From the NCBI GenBank assembly GCA_963749495.1, contig CAVVMW010000024.1:213171-277170 (forward strand): a stretch of DNA of 64,000 nt. The letters run 5' to 3'. A model generated the notes under the pieces. It was given only the letters and a program-made list of their open reading frames with translations. It made no database searches and was not told the origin of the DNA. Of this stretch, positions 42,860 through 53,119 are shown piece by piece; the first letter of the stretch is position 1, and the number at the start of each line of letters is the position of its first letter. This stretch comes from an uncultured bacterium (lineage in GTDB: Bacteria; Verrucomicrobiota; Verrucomicrobiia; Limisphaerales; UBA8199). Both the position numbers and the translations under genes were made by a program.

Positions 42860-43303
42860 ATGCAAGCAACGACTCAAGGCTCCGTTCCCCGCAGCGCCTA
42901 CGACCGGACTGGCGGCATCGTGTATTTCGCCCGAATGCTCGACAAGATTCGGCTCCACGGCGCTGGCACGTTGCGCTCGGATTATCATGCCAACCTGGGT
43001 TCTGGCTTCGATGGCCGGTGCTGCCGGTTCCTGGGCGTCGAGTATCCGGCGCTGCGGGAGCGGGTCTTGAGCGGCGGGACCGATGACGAAATCCTGGCCT
43101 GGTGCTTCACGCACGGAACCCGCCCCAATGACGAGCAGGTCCTGGTCTGGAACAAATTCATGGTCAAGCGCGGCTGGCGCGATGAGGACGACGGCTCGAC
43201 GCAGGAGCTGGAACATTACAAGGCTTCGAGCGGCCTGGCCCACCGCACGGACATCCTCACCTTCTTCGACTACTACGAGGTCGATGAAGGGCGCAAGCCT
43301 TGA
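42860..43303 (+). CDS. DUF5069-like protein
   Basis: PRSAY..GGIVYFARMLDKIRL, FDGRCCRFLGV, DEGRK. Confidence 0.8.
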   Translation: MQATTQGSVPRSAYDRTGGIVYFARMLDKIRLHGAGTLRSDYHANLGSGFDGRCCRFLGVEYPALRERVLSGGTDDEILAWCFTHGTRPNDEQVLVWNKFMVKRGWRDEDDGSTQELEHYKASSGLAHRTDILTFFDYYEVDEGRKP

Positions 43304-43510
43304 ACCCCACTCGACAGGCACTGGCCCGGCAGGCTGCCGCCTTGGCAGCGCAAGGCGTTTATGTCGGCACGTCCCCCTGGAAACATCCCGGCTGGTGCGA
43401 CATGCTCTATGACCGTGCTCGCTACGAAGGGCGCTTCGTCGAGACTTGTTTCAAGGGCGGCTGCTTGGCCGAATACGCCGTGTTTTTCAGGGCCATCCGC
43501 GTCAATGACG
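43300..43510 (+). pseudogene. DUF72 N-terminal fragment
   Basis: GVYVGTSPWKHPGW..LAEYA. Confidence 0.65.
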
Positions 43511-43553
43511 ACTGCTGCGCGGAAGCCATCTCCATCAGGCACTGCGCGTTTTT

Positions 43554-44141
43554 ATGACCGGTGATAAGAGCACAGCAAAGATCGACTTCAAGAAGCTCAC
43601 GTTCACGTCTCTCGTCTTCGGCTTCTTTCTGGTTCCGCTGCATGAGCTGGGCCATGTGATTTGCGATTGGCTTACGGGCCATCCGGCATCGATGTCGTAT
43701 GCGCGGGACTACCTTCTCTCCGGTGGCGAGACCCCTTTCCTGGGCTTGCTGGGAGGACCGGCGCTACCCATCGTTGTGTCCGCAACGGCGGTGATTTTCC
43801 TCTACCTGGGAAAGCACCCGTCGTTGTTTTATCCCGTGGCGATCCAGGCTGCCATCGAGAGACTGGTTCCGTATGCCTGCGGATTGCTCCCCAGCGATGA
43901 GAGAGACCTTGCCCGGCTGGCCGGATGGAGCTTGTATTCCTTCAAGCACATCTTTATGGGGTTGGAAGCCCTTCTTCTGATTTTAATCTTCATTTCGTTT
44001 TACAAGCACAGGTTGGGCTTCAAGCAAGCCGCCTTGACCTTGCTCATCGCCTTGGCGAGTTTGGTGGTAAGCGCGGCGGTCGGCATCTGCGTTGTCGAGC
44101 GCCTGGTGTTCCCCCAGCAGTTCAAAATACAATTCGGGTGA
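43554..44141 (+). CDS. Membrane protein with HExGH motif (M50-like)
   Basis: PLHELGH, GGP, multiple TM segments. Confidence 0.65.
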   Translation: MTGDKSTAKIDFKKLTFTSLVFGFFLVPLHELGHVICDWLTGHPASMSYARDYLLSGGETPFLGLLGGPALPIVVSATAVIFLYLGKHPSLFYPVAIQAAIERLVPYACGLLPSDERDLARLAGWSLYSFKHIFMGLEALLLILIFISFYKHRLGFKQAALTLLIALASLVVSAAVGICVVERLVFPQQFKIQFG

Positions 44142-44309
44142 GCCGTTGGTGGACGCTGTGACCAGAGTGGTTCCGTTGCTGCTGCCAATCCTCCGGTCAG
44201 GCCAGCCAGCGAGAGGGCGGACGCTCAAGGCTCCAGCCCAGCCCCCAGCCGCTCTCCTGTTTCAACGTCTCCTTGACTGCGCGGACCAAAAGGTCAACGC
44301 CTCCGCCCA

Positions 44310-44865
44310 GGCCCGAGCCGCTGGCCAAGTCCGCGACGGCGCGATACGGCCACAACTACCAGGCCCTTTTCGCTCGCGGCAAGGATACCTCCACCGGCCA
44401 GAACGTCGGGGCCATCCTGGACACGTCCAGCGGCTGGGGCATTTACGGCAGGCCGTCGCGTGTCTCGGACCTGGAGCGCGAGTTGTCGAAGCACCTGGTC
44501 GTTCGGCTCACCAACGCGGTGACCGCTATCAACATCTGCGTAGTCCACCTGCGGAGGCCCATCGGCAACGACGGCGTTGAGAAGCAGCGGAACCAGTGCC
44601 GGGCAGTGGGCGATGCGGCATCTGCCCGGAGGCCCCAGGGCCAACTTGGTCATTATGGGCGACTTCAACGAAGGGCATCCGGTCGGCAGCGACGGCCAAG
44701 CCCTGGCGGTGCTGTTCCAGGCTCCACCGCCGATGGTGGATGCGCTCAGCACGTTGAGCGGCAGGATTTCGACCCATACCGATGGGGGCTGCATGACTGC
44801 ATCCTCGTGTCGGACGCGACTGCCAAGGGTCTGAACAGGTTGAGGCTCGAACGGGTGGTCATTCC
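44310..44865 (+). pseudogene. Endonuclease/exonuclease/phosphatase (EEP) fragment
   Basis: VVHLR, VIMGDFNE, D.ILVS across two frameshifts; N-terminus missing. Confidence 0.65.
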
Positions 44866-45051
44866 TGGCACCGGTGCGCAATGCCGATGGCCCTGGCGGG
44901 CCTGGACGCGAATCAGGCGGTTCGGCTGTGAACAAAGCCCGGATAACCTCTAATAAGTTTTGATGGCACCTGGCTTCCGTTCTGGTAAAGTCATCTTTGC
45001 GGCCCAAAAGCCGCAGTCGAATCGAATCGAGTCGAGCGTCGCGACGCAAGT

Positions 45052-45078
45052 AGCCCCGGTCGAAAGGCCGGGGCTTTT
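45052..45078 (+). terminator. Intrinsic terminator-like hairpin
   Basis: AGCCCCGGTC-GAAA-GGCCGGGGCT followed by TTT. Confidence 0.6.
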
Positions 45079-45224
45079 GATGTTAGCTGGCTTTGCAGCC
45101 CGGTTCACGCCAGCCGAGGCGCGGCGACTTAAAAGCACCATCCCCCGTTCTGGAAAGGGCAAGTCCAAATTGATCAGGAATGTCTTGCCTTCTACCAGCC
45201 AGACCGCTACTGTTGAGCCGCATT

Positions 45225-45293
45225 TGGAGCCAGAGGGGGTCGAACCCTCGGCGCGTTAGGTGTAAGGCCGTGCGCCGCCACCGGGCTGGCCCC
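45225..45293 (-). ncRNA. Non-canonical tRNA-like element with G3.U70
   Basis: GGGGCCA/TGGCTCC-A acceptor stem, GAGGG-TTCGACC-CCCTC T-arm, GCC-CGGT-GGC mini D-arm, GGCGC/GCGCC stem with a 17-nt loop. Confidence 0.65.
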
Positions 45294-45556
45294 GATGATG
45301 CCATTCGGCTGACGCGGCGATCTTGATGGACCCACCGCGTCAGCCGTTTTCTTTTCTGGGCGACCGGTTTCGGCGTCACCGGCCCCCACGTTCTCTTCTC
45401 ACGTTCGCAAACAAAAAGCCCAGTCTTCAAAGCCTTGCGGGAGGTGCTGCTCTCGCGGTAACAGCGGACTGGGCGGAATTGCCTGATGTCCCATGGGCTT
45501 TGAACCCGCGAGCACTATAGCAGGTCATAAATCACTGAAATTCAGGTCAATACGCT

Positions 45557-45648
45557 TACGAACCCTCACTTTTGTTCTTGCGAACCCTCACTTTCCTGAA
45601 TGCGAACCCGCACTTTTTCAGGCCCTTGGTCTTGCGAACCCGTAGATT
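45557..45648. repeat. Phased direct repeats CGAACCC(T/G)CACTTT (iteron/operator-like)
   Basis: Copies start at 45559, 45581, 45603 and 45635 (spacing 22, 22, 32); the fourth keeps only the CGAACCCG core. Confidence 0.8.
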
Positions 45649-46013
45649 CAGCGGTGCGAAATATCACTCATGCGCTTTTGAAGGACGATCAAGAGTTTTT
45701 TTCGATTTTCTTTCAGCCATCGGTTCTTGTTCGCCTGTTGGCGCTGATAAACCCGATTCAACTGCCTCCACCGCGCAACGTCGATCATGACCTGGAAAAA
45801 CCAGTTCGGATTAGATATACCCTCCCGGCTCTGCTTCTCAATCAGAGCAGCAGCTTTTCTTTCAGCCGCCTCAATTGCGGAGGCTTTGGAGGGATCGCCC
45901 GTGAAGTGTTCCGGTGTTCCGAATGAGTGGACCAGATACTTTCGATAAAGGTGCAGCCGTTCACTGTGGAGGCGCCCCCCGAGGATTCTGCGCAGAAACT
46001 CCCGGAACTTCAT
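45648..46013 (-). CDS. Hypothetical basic protein (possibly 5'-truncated)
   Basis: MKFREFLRR... ORF ending at the repeats. Confidence 0.4.
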   Translation of the reverse strand: MKFREFLRRILGGRLHSERLHLYRKYLVHSFGTPEHFTGDPSKASAIEAAERKAAALIEKQSREGISNPNWFFQVMIDVARWRQLNRVYQRQQANKNRWLKENRKKLLIVLQKRMSDISHR

Positions 46014-46663
46014 CGGGAAGTTCGGGGCTTTTGGAGGCTTTGGCCCAGGAAACCCAAGCAAAGGCTCTGGACGATTCTTTTTGGTCCGCTTTTCTTTGAT
46101 GCCGACAGAGAATCAGCCGGAATGGAAGCACGCAAGTCAATACCTTGAAGACCTTGCGTGCCCAAAGCCAGGCGAGAGTGGCTTTCATGGGTTCTTGCTC
46201 CTGTTCTGGGCCGCGTGCTCCTCCAAAACCCTGCCCAGGTCGTCCAACTTCACGGACATCTTGGCCACGTCCACCTGCATCGTTCGGAACGCCGCCACAG
46301 CCTCCTCCACCCGCTGAATCCTCTCCTTGGTCCTGGCCTCGCGCTCGTCGTCCAGTTTGATGTGCTCGGCAACGGGCGGGCTGCCATGGGCCTCGATGTT
46401 CGTCAGCCGGATGATGAGGCAGTAATCTTCCGCGCCAGATTTGGGCAATCGGAGGCGTCCTCCGCGAACCAAGCCCTGTCGGTGACGCTCCCTGTCCCCT
46501 GGACAACGGCTTGCTCGAACAGGCTTTCGGCGAGTATGGCAAATTGCTCGTCAGAGAGCGTCGTGTAGGACTGGATAGGAACGACCTCGAAGGGAGCGGA
46601 CTGCTTTACGGGCTGACCGACGCCAGCATCTCCGAGGAGGACATGGAGTCGCTGCTGCGGATG

Positions 46664-47175
46664 GGCACGGTGATCGTCGGGCACCCCGGCAGTGCGGGCA
46701 GCGCGTAGTCCCCGGCATCGCAGTTGGCGGCGTAAACGTAACACACGTCCCGTCCCAGGTATTCCTGCATGAACTGCGCCGGGAACGCGACCACCATCGC
46801 GGGCATTGGCCAGTGCAAGTCCTCCAGCGTGAAGTCGTGTGGCAGGTCGGTCGCCGCCACGGTCCGGACGAAGCCCTCGTCAATGAAATAGAGCGGCACA
46901 CGATACCGGACGACCTGGTAGATGATAACGTGGGCGGCGACCTCGGTGGGAACCTGCGGAAGCCCGGCAGCTTCCTTCAGGACCCGGTTGCCGAGCAGCG
47001 GTAACAATCCGGCGCTGACGCATTTCGTCAGGTGGTAGCCGGGCGGGGCCTGGATTCGGCGCGGTTCGAGCAGGGCGGCAAGCCCGGTGCCCTCGAACAT
47101 CCGGTGCTGGGCCGTGAAGTAATCGGAAAGGGTGCGCCAGCGCAACCTGGAGCCGCCAGCGAAGGGGTCGGCGAT
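46664..47175 (-). pseudogene. 'SPRxHxRRGH' protein N-terminal/middle fragment (copy 3)
   Basis: ADPFAG..LSDYF..ALPGCPTITVP matches copy 4. Confidence 0.8.
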
Positions 47176-47353
47176 TGCAGACAGACGGACGCCGCTCGGC
47201 CTGCGGCGGGCAACTGGGCAATCGCGGCGTCGGTCTCCGGCATGATGCGCCCGAGTTGGAGCGTGAGTTGCCGCCAGGGGCGCTGGCGCAGGCGGAGGCC
47301 GCGCTTCTTCCGGCCCTCGCCAGCACGTGTCTGCCGTGGCAGACAAATCCGCC

Positions 47354-47509
47354 AGCCGGGCGCTCATCCTCACGGGCGGGCCGGGCGTCGGCAAGACGAC
47401 CCTGGTGAACGCCATCCTGCTCATCCTCCGGGCCAAGAAAGTCCGGTGCCTCCTGTGCGCCCCCACGGGCCGCGCCGCCAAGCGCCTCTCGGAGACGACC
47501 GGGGTCGAG
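47354..47509 (+). pseudogene. recD2: RecD2-like helicase Walker A fragment
   Basis: [27 protein letters not shown]. Confidence 0.8.
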
Positions 47510-47618
47510 TGGTCCAGGATCAGGTCCACACCGCCATCGGCGGAGATGACTTTAACGCCGAGTTTACTCAACTCGGGGCGGATGGTCTCACTGCCCATCA
47601 GATCGCGGGCGGTGCAGG

Positions 47619-48881
47619 TCACTCCTTCATCACCACGAAAGCCGCGAACTCCCCGTCCATGGGCACCTTGATTGACGGGCCTGCTGCCCTGCCGCTGAGT
47701 ATGGGTTGCCCGAAGAAATCCCGTGGATTCAACAGCCGGAACCCATCGCCCGGTTTGAGCAGACGCGACACATCCACCACCACGGTCGATTGTCGCTCCC
47801 AATTGAAGATGGCCAGGTTGGCGCGGCGTGAATCGTATTTGTTGACGCGGAAAAAGACCCTCGCCCCGTCTGGCCGCGCATCGTTCCTCGCGAGGATCAG
47901 GTTGTCCTCCCTGACAACACGCTTGAATCGGTTGATGCTGAGGCCGGAGTCCACGATGAGGTTGCCCCGAACTTCGCAATCCTCGTTGGTGGGCGCGTTG
48001 TAGCCCAGTTGCACGGGGACGCCGCAGAAGCAGTTGGTTAGCACCCGGATGCCGTGGCTCGGCTGCCCGCCGCCGAGGAGGAACGTGTGGGCATCGTAGG
48101 CAATGTTGCCCTCGACCAGGTAGTTGTTCACGTCGGCGCGGCTGGAGCCATAGGCGTGCAGCGTGTAACCATAACCACCCGTGAAGATGCAGTCGGAGAT
48201 GGTTTTGAGGCCCTCGTTGTTCTGCGTGTAGATCGCATGGCCGTGGCCACGGTCGGTGCCAGCCCAGCCGTTGTCATAGATGAGGCAGCCGTGCATCTCG
48301 CTGTCCTGGGAGGCGGCCCACCAGCTCACGCCTTGCGTGTTGTCGTGGATGACGAGGTTGATGAATTTACACGCCTTGCCGCTGGACACATTCAGCCCGC
48401 CCCACGGACGGTTCACGTTCGCGTAGGTCGGGTCGGGCGCAATCGCAGACGAGGGACGCGGCTCGGAGACGAGAATTTCCAGGTCCCAAATCCAAAGATG
48501 TGTGGTGGGCGGCTGCACGTTCAGCCCGCCGTCAATGGTGACCTGCTGTCCCTGCCAGGCACGCACCTGCACCGGTGCGCCGTCGCGCCCGGCGAGTCTG
48601 ACGAGGTAGCCCATGCCCCCGACTTTGGGTGCAGACTGGTAGTGGCCCTGGTGAATCCAGATGGTGTCATTGGGCAAAACCTGCTGTTTTCCTTCCAGCG
48701 CCGAACCGATGTCCCACGGCGCGGCTTGCGTTCCCAGCCCATCCGGCGAACCATTCGTAGCGACGTGCCAGTCTGCGGCGAGGGCGGGCAGGTCCTGCGT
48801 CCGCCAGGCGACGGAGAGGAGACAAGCCGCAGCGCCAGCCTGGAGCAGGCGAACGCAGAATGGTTTGAGAGGGATCGGCAT
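47619..48881 (-). CDS. Secreted right-handed beta-helix protein
   Basis: Signal peptide, [33 protein letters not shown]. Confidence 0.75.
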   Translation of the reverse strand: MPIPLKPFCVRLLQAGAAACLLSVAWRTQDLPALAADWHVATNGSPDGLGTQAAPWDIGSALEGKQQVLPNDTIWIHQGHYQSAPKVGGMGYLVRLAGRDGAPVQVRAWQGQQVTIDGGLNVQPPTTHLWIWDLEILVSEPRPSSAIAPDPTYANVNRPWGGLNVSSGKACKFINLVIHDNTQGVSWWAASQDSEMHGCLIYDNGWAGTDRGHGHAIYTQNNEGLKTISDCIFTGGYGYTLHAYGSSRADVNNYLVEGNIAYDAHTFLLGGGQPSHGIRVLTNCFCGVPVQLGYNAPTNEDCEVRGNLIVDSGLSINRFKRVVREDNLILARNDARPDGARVFFRVNKYDSRRANLAIFNWERQSTVVVDVSRLLKPGDGFRLLNPRDFFGQPILSGRAAGPSIKVPMDGEFAAFVVMKE

Positions 48882-49171
48882 GACCAACGATGGTCCCCCC
48901 ACGGAATGCGGGTCAAGTTCGGAATGCCATCGCGCTCCTGCGAACCAAGGCAGGGCACGGGCCGGAACCCCGGCCCGGTAACAGAAGTCGCCGGTCGACC
49001 CGGCCTCCCACGCGGCCTTGTGCCGCTGAGCGCCGAACCGCCATCACGACCAGCCTAAAGCCTCCCCGGCTGATCGAGCGAGTGACCTTCCACAAAGAAG
49101 ACGCTCTTGGGCGGGAGTCGGTTTTCCTTTACACGGCCCGTCCTTTGCGTTGCCATGGGGCAGATTGAATT

Positions 49172-50437
49172 GTGAACTCATCCCAACGTTTTCCAGGAGC
49201 AGAACCCAACCTGACCCGCCGCCGCTTTCTCGGACTTAGCCTCGGGGTCGCAGGTCTGAGCGGTCTGAGCGTCGGACAGATTTGGGCGCAGCCGAACGCA
49301 GATTCGCCGCAACTAGCCGAGGCGATTGCGCGGCTGGCCTATCTGACCTCAGACGAGCAATTCGTCAGCTTCGGGCGCGGGAGTCCGCCCCCGTGCGACT
49401 TGCCGCTGGAGAAGCGCCGCGCCGTGGGCCTGGTGCGAGAGACCTGGCAGCTCGAAGTGGTGCCCGATTCCGACAGCGACACCAGGCTGGACCATCCGCT
49501 TTCGACGCCGCTGGGCACGGCCTTGAACTGGGAGGGCCTGATGCAACTGGCCGAGAAGCACGCCGTCCGGTTCCTGCACGTGATGTCCTGCACCAATGCC
49601 CACGCCCCGCTCGGTATGGGCCTGTGGGAGGGCGTGCCATTGCGCGAAGTCATCTGGCTGACCCGGCCCGCCGCCAACGTCCGGCGCGTCTTCTACTACG
49701 GTTACCATAACGAGGACCTCCAGCAGCGGTTCCAAAGCTCGCTGGTTATTGACCGCATTTTGGAGGACCCGCCAGGCGAGTTGCCGGTGATTCTCGCCTA
49801 TAAACTCAACGGCCAGTGGCTGTCGCCTAAACGCGGCGGGCCGGTGCGGCTGTTCGTGCCCGACGCCTACGGAAACAAGTCGGTCAAATGGCTCCAGCGC
49901 GTCGTTTTGACGAACAACATCCACCTCAACGACACCTACGCCGGGTGGAACAACGACACCGAGAGCCACCTCAAGACCTGCGCGTTCTTCCTTGAGACTC
50001 CCGGCGCGGCCAAAGCCGGGGGAGCGGTGCCCATCACCGGCCTCGCCCAGGTCGGCATGTCCGGGTTGAGGAAGGTGCAATGGTGTCTGGTGCAACAAGG
50101 CCCGCCGACGCTCAAGGACACCGACCGCCTCGCCGGAGCGAACTGGCGCGACGCGGAGATCCTGCCGCCGCCAGTTCGCTGGGGCGGCGGATTGCCCGAA
50201 GGCAGGCTGCCTGTCAACACGTTCGGGATCAACCCGGCCACGGGCAATCCGCGAACCTGGCCGCTGCGCAACACTATTGTCCATTGGGCCGCTTTGCTGA
50301 CTGGCCTCCGGCCAGGGAAATATGATCTGTGCTGCCGCACCATCGATGCCAATGGTCTGGCCCAGCCAATGCCCCGCCCCTTGCTCAAATCCGGCTACAA
50401 CGCCATCCAGAAGAAACCGTTGGTGGTTGAGGCGTGA
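49172..50437 (+). CDS. Tat-exported sulfite oxidase-family molybdopterin oxidoreductase
   Basis: TRRRFL, MSC, WEGVPL, AYKLNGQWL..GGPVRL..YGNKSVKWL. Confidence 0.85.
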   Translation: MNSSQRFPGAEPNLTRRRFLGLSLGVAGLSGLSVGQIWAQPNADSPQLAEAIARLAYLTSDEQFVSFGRGSPPPCDLPLEKRRAVGLVRETWQLEVVPDSDSDTRLDHPLSTPLGTALNWEGLMQLAEKHAVRFLHVMSCTNAHAPLGMGLWEGVPLREVIWLTRPAANVRRVFYYGYHNEDLQQRFQSSLVIDRILEDPPGELPVILAYKLNGQWLSPKRGGPVRLFVPDAYGNKSVKWLQRVVLTNNIHLNDTYAGWNNDTESHLKTCAFFLETPGAAKAGGAVPITGLAQVGMSGLRKVQWCLVQQGPPTLKDTDRLAGANWRDAEILPPPVRWGGGLPEGRLPVNTFGINPATGNPRTWPLRNTIVHWAALLTGLRPGKYDLCCRTIDANGLAQPMPRPLLKSGYNAIQKKPLVVEA

Positions 50438-50784
50438 TGAGAGCCTGCGCCAAGCCGCCGCAGAAGCGTTCGCTCGCCCCGACGTGGAACGGCTGTGGCC
50501 AGCCCCTGCTGCTGCTGGGCCGCATTTCCTCCGCCTCGGGCTGGATGGCGGGCCGGAAAGGCGTTTTCGGAACCAGCCTTTTCGGCTGTGGCGCGAGATC
50601 GTGAGGCTTGGAACATGAGGGTTTTGTTTACAGCCCTGGGCCTATTGCTCACCCTCGGCCAGGCCCGGTTGCCGCGCCCAGCGTCTCCCTGGTGAAGCTG
50701 AACTGCTGCCGGATGCTGGGCGGTGGAGAGGGCAGCGCCACAGCGGGCAATTTGGCGATGATTGCCGGGCAGGCGGACCAGCCC

Positions 50785-51022
50785 GGACCTGGTTGCCGCC
50801 CGCTTCCTGCTCAAGCCAGGCCGGAAGTATGAGCAGGCCGTGAAGGCGTTCGAGCCTTGCGACAGCATCAAGGAGGAAAACCCGGAGGCTCGGGCGGCGG
50901 GCCGGGCGCTGATCGCCGAGGCCAAGGCGGCGGGGCCGGAGCGCCGGACGTTCGTTTTCGTGAACAACCGGCTGGAAGGGAACGCGATTTCGACCATCGC
51001 CGCGATGATCGAACTTGGTTGA
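50785..51022 (+). pseudogene. DUF72 C-terminal fragment
   Basis: FVFVNNRLEGNA. Confidence 0.65.
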
Positions 51023-51155
51023 TGCGAGCCTGGCCCCACGGCCAGCGCGGGCGGTGCTACTGCTGTAACGCCCATAGTTGGGCATATCGTAATTTTGATG
51101 GCGACGCCGTAAACTTTCCATTGCTGCTCCCTCCGCTAACTGGTATCCTCACAGT

Positions 51156-52016
51156 GTGAGCGACCAACCTCGACCTGCCCATCTCTTCCGTTACTTTCCA
51201 CGCGCCGCTTCTGATTTTTTCGCAGAGAAGAAGCTTTGGTTCTCCGCCCTTGGAGATTTCAATGATCCCTTCGACGCCCTACCTCGATTTGATGCGATGC
51301 TGGAGAGCCAAAGGCAACATCAAATAAAGGTAGAATACTCCTTTCTGCCGCAGCAAGAGCACGTCGATTGGAAGCATTTCAAAAGAGAGATGGAGCGCGT
51401 GACTTCCGATGACTACCGTGATGCAGGTGAGGCGGTAGCGGCTAAATGCAGAGAACTAGTCAACGGCTGCCTTAGAATACTCTGCCTTTCGGAAAAGCCG
51501 GACAATCTGCTAATGTGGGCACACTACGCGGAGTCGCATACAGGATTCGTGGTCAAGTTCCACCCAGGACACCACGTTTTCGCAGATGATGAGTTTGGGA
51601 AAGTTGAATATCAAGCCCAGAGGCTGCGAATCGAGGATAGGGATCAAGACCAAGACGAGCTGAGGCCGGTGCTGTTCAGGAAGTCTCCTGACTGGGGCCA
51701 CGAAGGAGAATGGCGCTTTGTGAAGTCCGTGAATACGCTCCTCCTTGGAAAGCGGCGAGACGGAAGAGAAAAGCATTATCTGGACCTCCCGCCTGACCTT
51801 GTCGAAGCCGTATATTTCGGGCATTGCACACCTGCGGACACCCGTGACGAAATCCTTCGATCTCTCCAGGCTGGCGAGTGGCGGAACGTCAAAATAGTTG
51901 TCATGTGTCTTAATGGCGCTGAATACGCGCTCAAGCCGGTCCCTTGGGATGAGTGGCGGCGAAGACCGAGACAATTCGCGAAGGAACTCAACGGCCTGAT
52001 CAGAAAGCGCGGATGA
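51156..52016 (+). CDS. DUF2971-domain protein
   Basis: FNDPFD, LMWAHYAESHTG, KSPDWGHEGEWR, AVYFG. Confidence 0.85.
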   Translation: MSDQPRPAHLFRYFPRAASDFFAEKKLWFSALGDFNDPFDALPRFDAMLESQRQHQIKVEYSFLPQQEHVDWKHFKREMERVTSDDYRDAGEAVAAKCRELVNGCLRILCLSEKPDNLLMWAHYAESHTGFVVKFHPGHHVFADDEFGKVEYQAQRLRIEDRDQDQDELRPVLFRKSPDWGHEGEWRFVKSVNTLLLGKRRDGREKHYLDLPPDLVEAVYFGHCTPADTRDEILRSLQAGEWRNVKIVVMCLNGAEYALKPVPWDEWRRRPRQFAKELNGLIRKRG

Positions 52017-52193
52017 CCGTGGAAGAACAAATGGCAAAGATCGATCCCTAGCTAACCTATGCCGAACGACGATGCTGCGGCTGGAGCAGAGTCCGTTGCC
52101 CGATGCGGTTCTCACACATCACGCCCCGCCCACACCGGCCCACACCGCTTCTGGATTGGAATCGGCCACGTTTACGTTTACGCTCGGGTGGGT

Positions 52194-53063
52194 ATGGGAC
52201 TGAGCGGCATCAGGCTGGTGTCGGGCGGGCAGACCGGCGCTGACCGCGCCGCGCTTGACTTCGCCATCGAGCACGGCATCCCGCACGGCGGCTGGTGCCC
52301 GCGAGGGCGCAAGGCCGAGGACGGCATCATCCCGGCACGCTTCCGTTTACGCGAGACGCCCAGCGCCGGGTATTCCCAGCGAACGGAATGGAACGTCCGG
52401 GACTCGGACGGAACTGTCATTTTCACCGTCGCCGACCGGCTCCAGGCCGGGTCCATGAAGACCGCCCAGTTCGCCCAGCAATACGGCAAGCCCTGTCTCC
52501 ACCTGGCTGCCCAGCGCCCCGGTGTGGACCACGCCGCCGTCCTGCGGTGCTTCGTCCAGCAGCACCGGCTCAAGGTGCTGAATGTTGCTGGCCCACGAGG
52601 TTCAGAGGAGCCAACGATTGCGACGTTCGTGACCAGCACCCTCCGATCTGCTTTAACGGGGAAGATGTCGGCGAAGCGCACCCTTTGCGCCTTGGTGCTC
52701 GATGACGACGCTCTGCTCCGGGTGATGTATGAGGCGGTTCTACCAGGGTTCCGCGTATTTGGGGCAGAAACAAATCAGCAGGCACTACAACTGGCGGACC
52801 AGCACAGATTCGACTTGGCAGTCACTGACTACGCCCACTCTGGGCTGGGCAACGGCTTGCAATTCATCGAGGAGATGAAGACAGCCCACCCCTCCGTGCC
52901 TGTGATCATGGCCAGTGGCATTAAGGATCAGAGTTTCAAGCTCCAGGCGCTTGAGTTGGGTGCTTGGGCCTACATAGCCAAGCCGTTTAAGGTCCAGACG
53001 TTGCTGGCGGTGGTGGACGACGTGCTGTCTCAGGCAGGGCGCAAGGCGGCGGTGCGGCATTGA
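52194..53063 (+). CDS. YpsA/SLOG ('putative molybdenum carrier') domain fused to a response-regulator receiver
   Basis: [40 protein letters not shown]; then LDDD..VTD..MASG..KPF. Confidence 0.85.
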   Translation: MGLSGIRLVSGGQTGADRAALDFAIEHGIPHGGWCPRGRKAEDGIIPARFRLRETPSAGYSQRTEWNVRDSDGTVIFTVADRLQAGSMKTAQFAQQYGKPCLHLAAQRPGVDHAAVLRCFVQQHRLKVLNVAGPRGSEEPTIATFVTSTLRSALTGKMSAKRTLCALVLDDDALLRVMYEAVLPGFRVFGAETNQQALQLADQHRFDLAVTDYAHSGLGNGLQFIEEMKTAHPSVPVIMASGIKDQSFKLQALELGAWAYIAKPFKVQTLLAVVDDVLSQAGRKAAVRH

Positions 53064-53119
53064 ACGCGAACTCGCAATCGCTACGCGCTGGCGCAGACGC
53101 CCCGCGCCGACTACTTCAG

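Noticed and set aside
45225..45293. Canonical tRNA-Val(TAC) or ochre suppressor
   Set aside because: CTTACAC is not closed by a 5-bp anticodon stem, and the U8/A9 linker and full D-arm are absent
45557..45648. Mini CRISPR array
   Set aside because: The period is only 22 bp, spacers are about 8 bp, and no cas genes are present
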